Source of the DNA: a virus
Lineage: Duplodnaviria; Caudoviricetes
DNA length: 64,000 nt
Direction: 5' to 3' (one strand)
Virus record (IMG/VR): IMGVR_UViG_3300032290_001460
Location: 32,001-96,000 of that record
Shown: in pieces, positions 63,615-64,000 of the stretch
Layout: each line of letters begins with the position of its first letter
Numbering within the stretch: position 1 is the stretch's first letter
Program-made: the position numbers and the translations under genes
Notes under the pieces: generated by a model
What the model was told of the DNA's origin: nothing
What the model saw: the letters and a program-made list of their open reading frames with translations, nothing else
The model's database searches: none

Positions 63615-64000
63615 GTGAAGTTTGATTCAATAGATAAAATTCAGGTTGTTGAAACTGAAGGTAAGGCTGCCCCAGTTTGTCCACCAGCAACACAGGATAT
63701 TGGATTAAATATTAAAAATCGCCAGAACGCGATTGACACCGCTGGTTATGGCCCCCTAAATCCTGCCGAACCGAACGATGAGTTCTGGGAGAAAAAAGGT
63801 GACCGCTGGAGTGTCTCCATTGAAGAGGCTAAAAAGCAGGTTTGTGGCAACTGTATTCTTTTTGTTCGCTCTCCACGCATTTTAGACTGCATTGAGGGCG
63901 CCCTGGGTAATGAAGCCGGCAATACGGCAATGGATATTGTTGAAGCAGGCGAAATCGGGTACTGTGAAGCGTTCGACTTCAAGTGTCACTCTGCGCGTAC
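63615..64000 (+). CDS. Cys-rich phage head-region protein (partial, runs off window end)
   Basis: GTG start; KAAPVCPPATQDIGLNIKNRQNAIDTAGYGPLNP...CGNC..F.....DC...GYCEAFDFKCHSAR; open to the window end. Confidence 0.7.
   Translation, partial: MKFDSIDKIQVVETEGKAAPVCPPATQDIGLNIKNRQNAIDTAGYGPLNPAEPNDEFWEKKGDRWSVSIEEAKKQVCGNCILFVRSPRILDCIEGALGNEAGNTAMDIVEAGEIGYCEAFDFKCHSAR

Noticed and set aside
1-64000. Host or taxonomic assignment
   Set aside because: Gene content is loosely reminiscent of large uncultured actinobacterial-type phages, but nothing in the window fixes the host.

Overview
This window is part of a large tailed dsDNA phage genome with an HK97-type head module. The left ~8 kb is a minus-strand operon: ParB-like protein, dCMP deaminase, RuvC, two paralogous small beta-rich proteins, HNH, Cas4-like exonuclease, Rad52-like annealase and a terminase large subunit with a class-3-type LAGLIDADG intein in its Walker A motif. 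The plus strand carries portal (8410-10497) and major capsid protein (62000-63319), but they are ~51.5 kb apart. The gap holds a 4421-aa prohead-protease fusion, three more giants (3362, 2740, 1825 aa) and several mid-sized proteins. These are strings of conflict-type modules: HExxH zincins, ADP-ribosyltransferase-like folds, ArdC, a zeta-like P-loop kinase, a HipA-like kinase, ParB/Srx, KTSC, pentapeptide repeats and an 8x HTH array. Two recurring short signals appear to organise the region. (1) An N-proximal tag, K-[AS]-L-G...DGDxDGx[VI]x[ED]GT..xRP, occurs in six proteins, and a second RCPxG...F...SNC tag occurs in two others. (2) A linker motif S-R-S-x-[RK] occurs 23 times plus 3 variants, and where flanking domains are recognisable it sits at their boundaries. 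My main inference is a capsid-packaged, tag-addressed, proteolytically processed polyprotein effector arsenal. All domain calls come from reading motifs by eye; no database searches were run.
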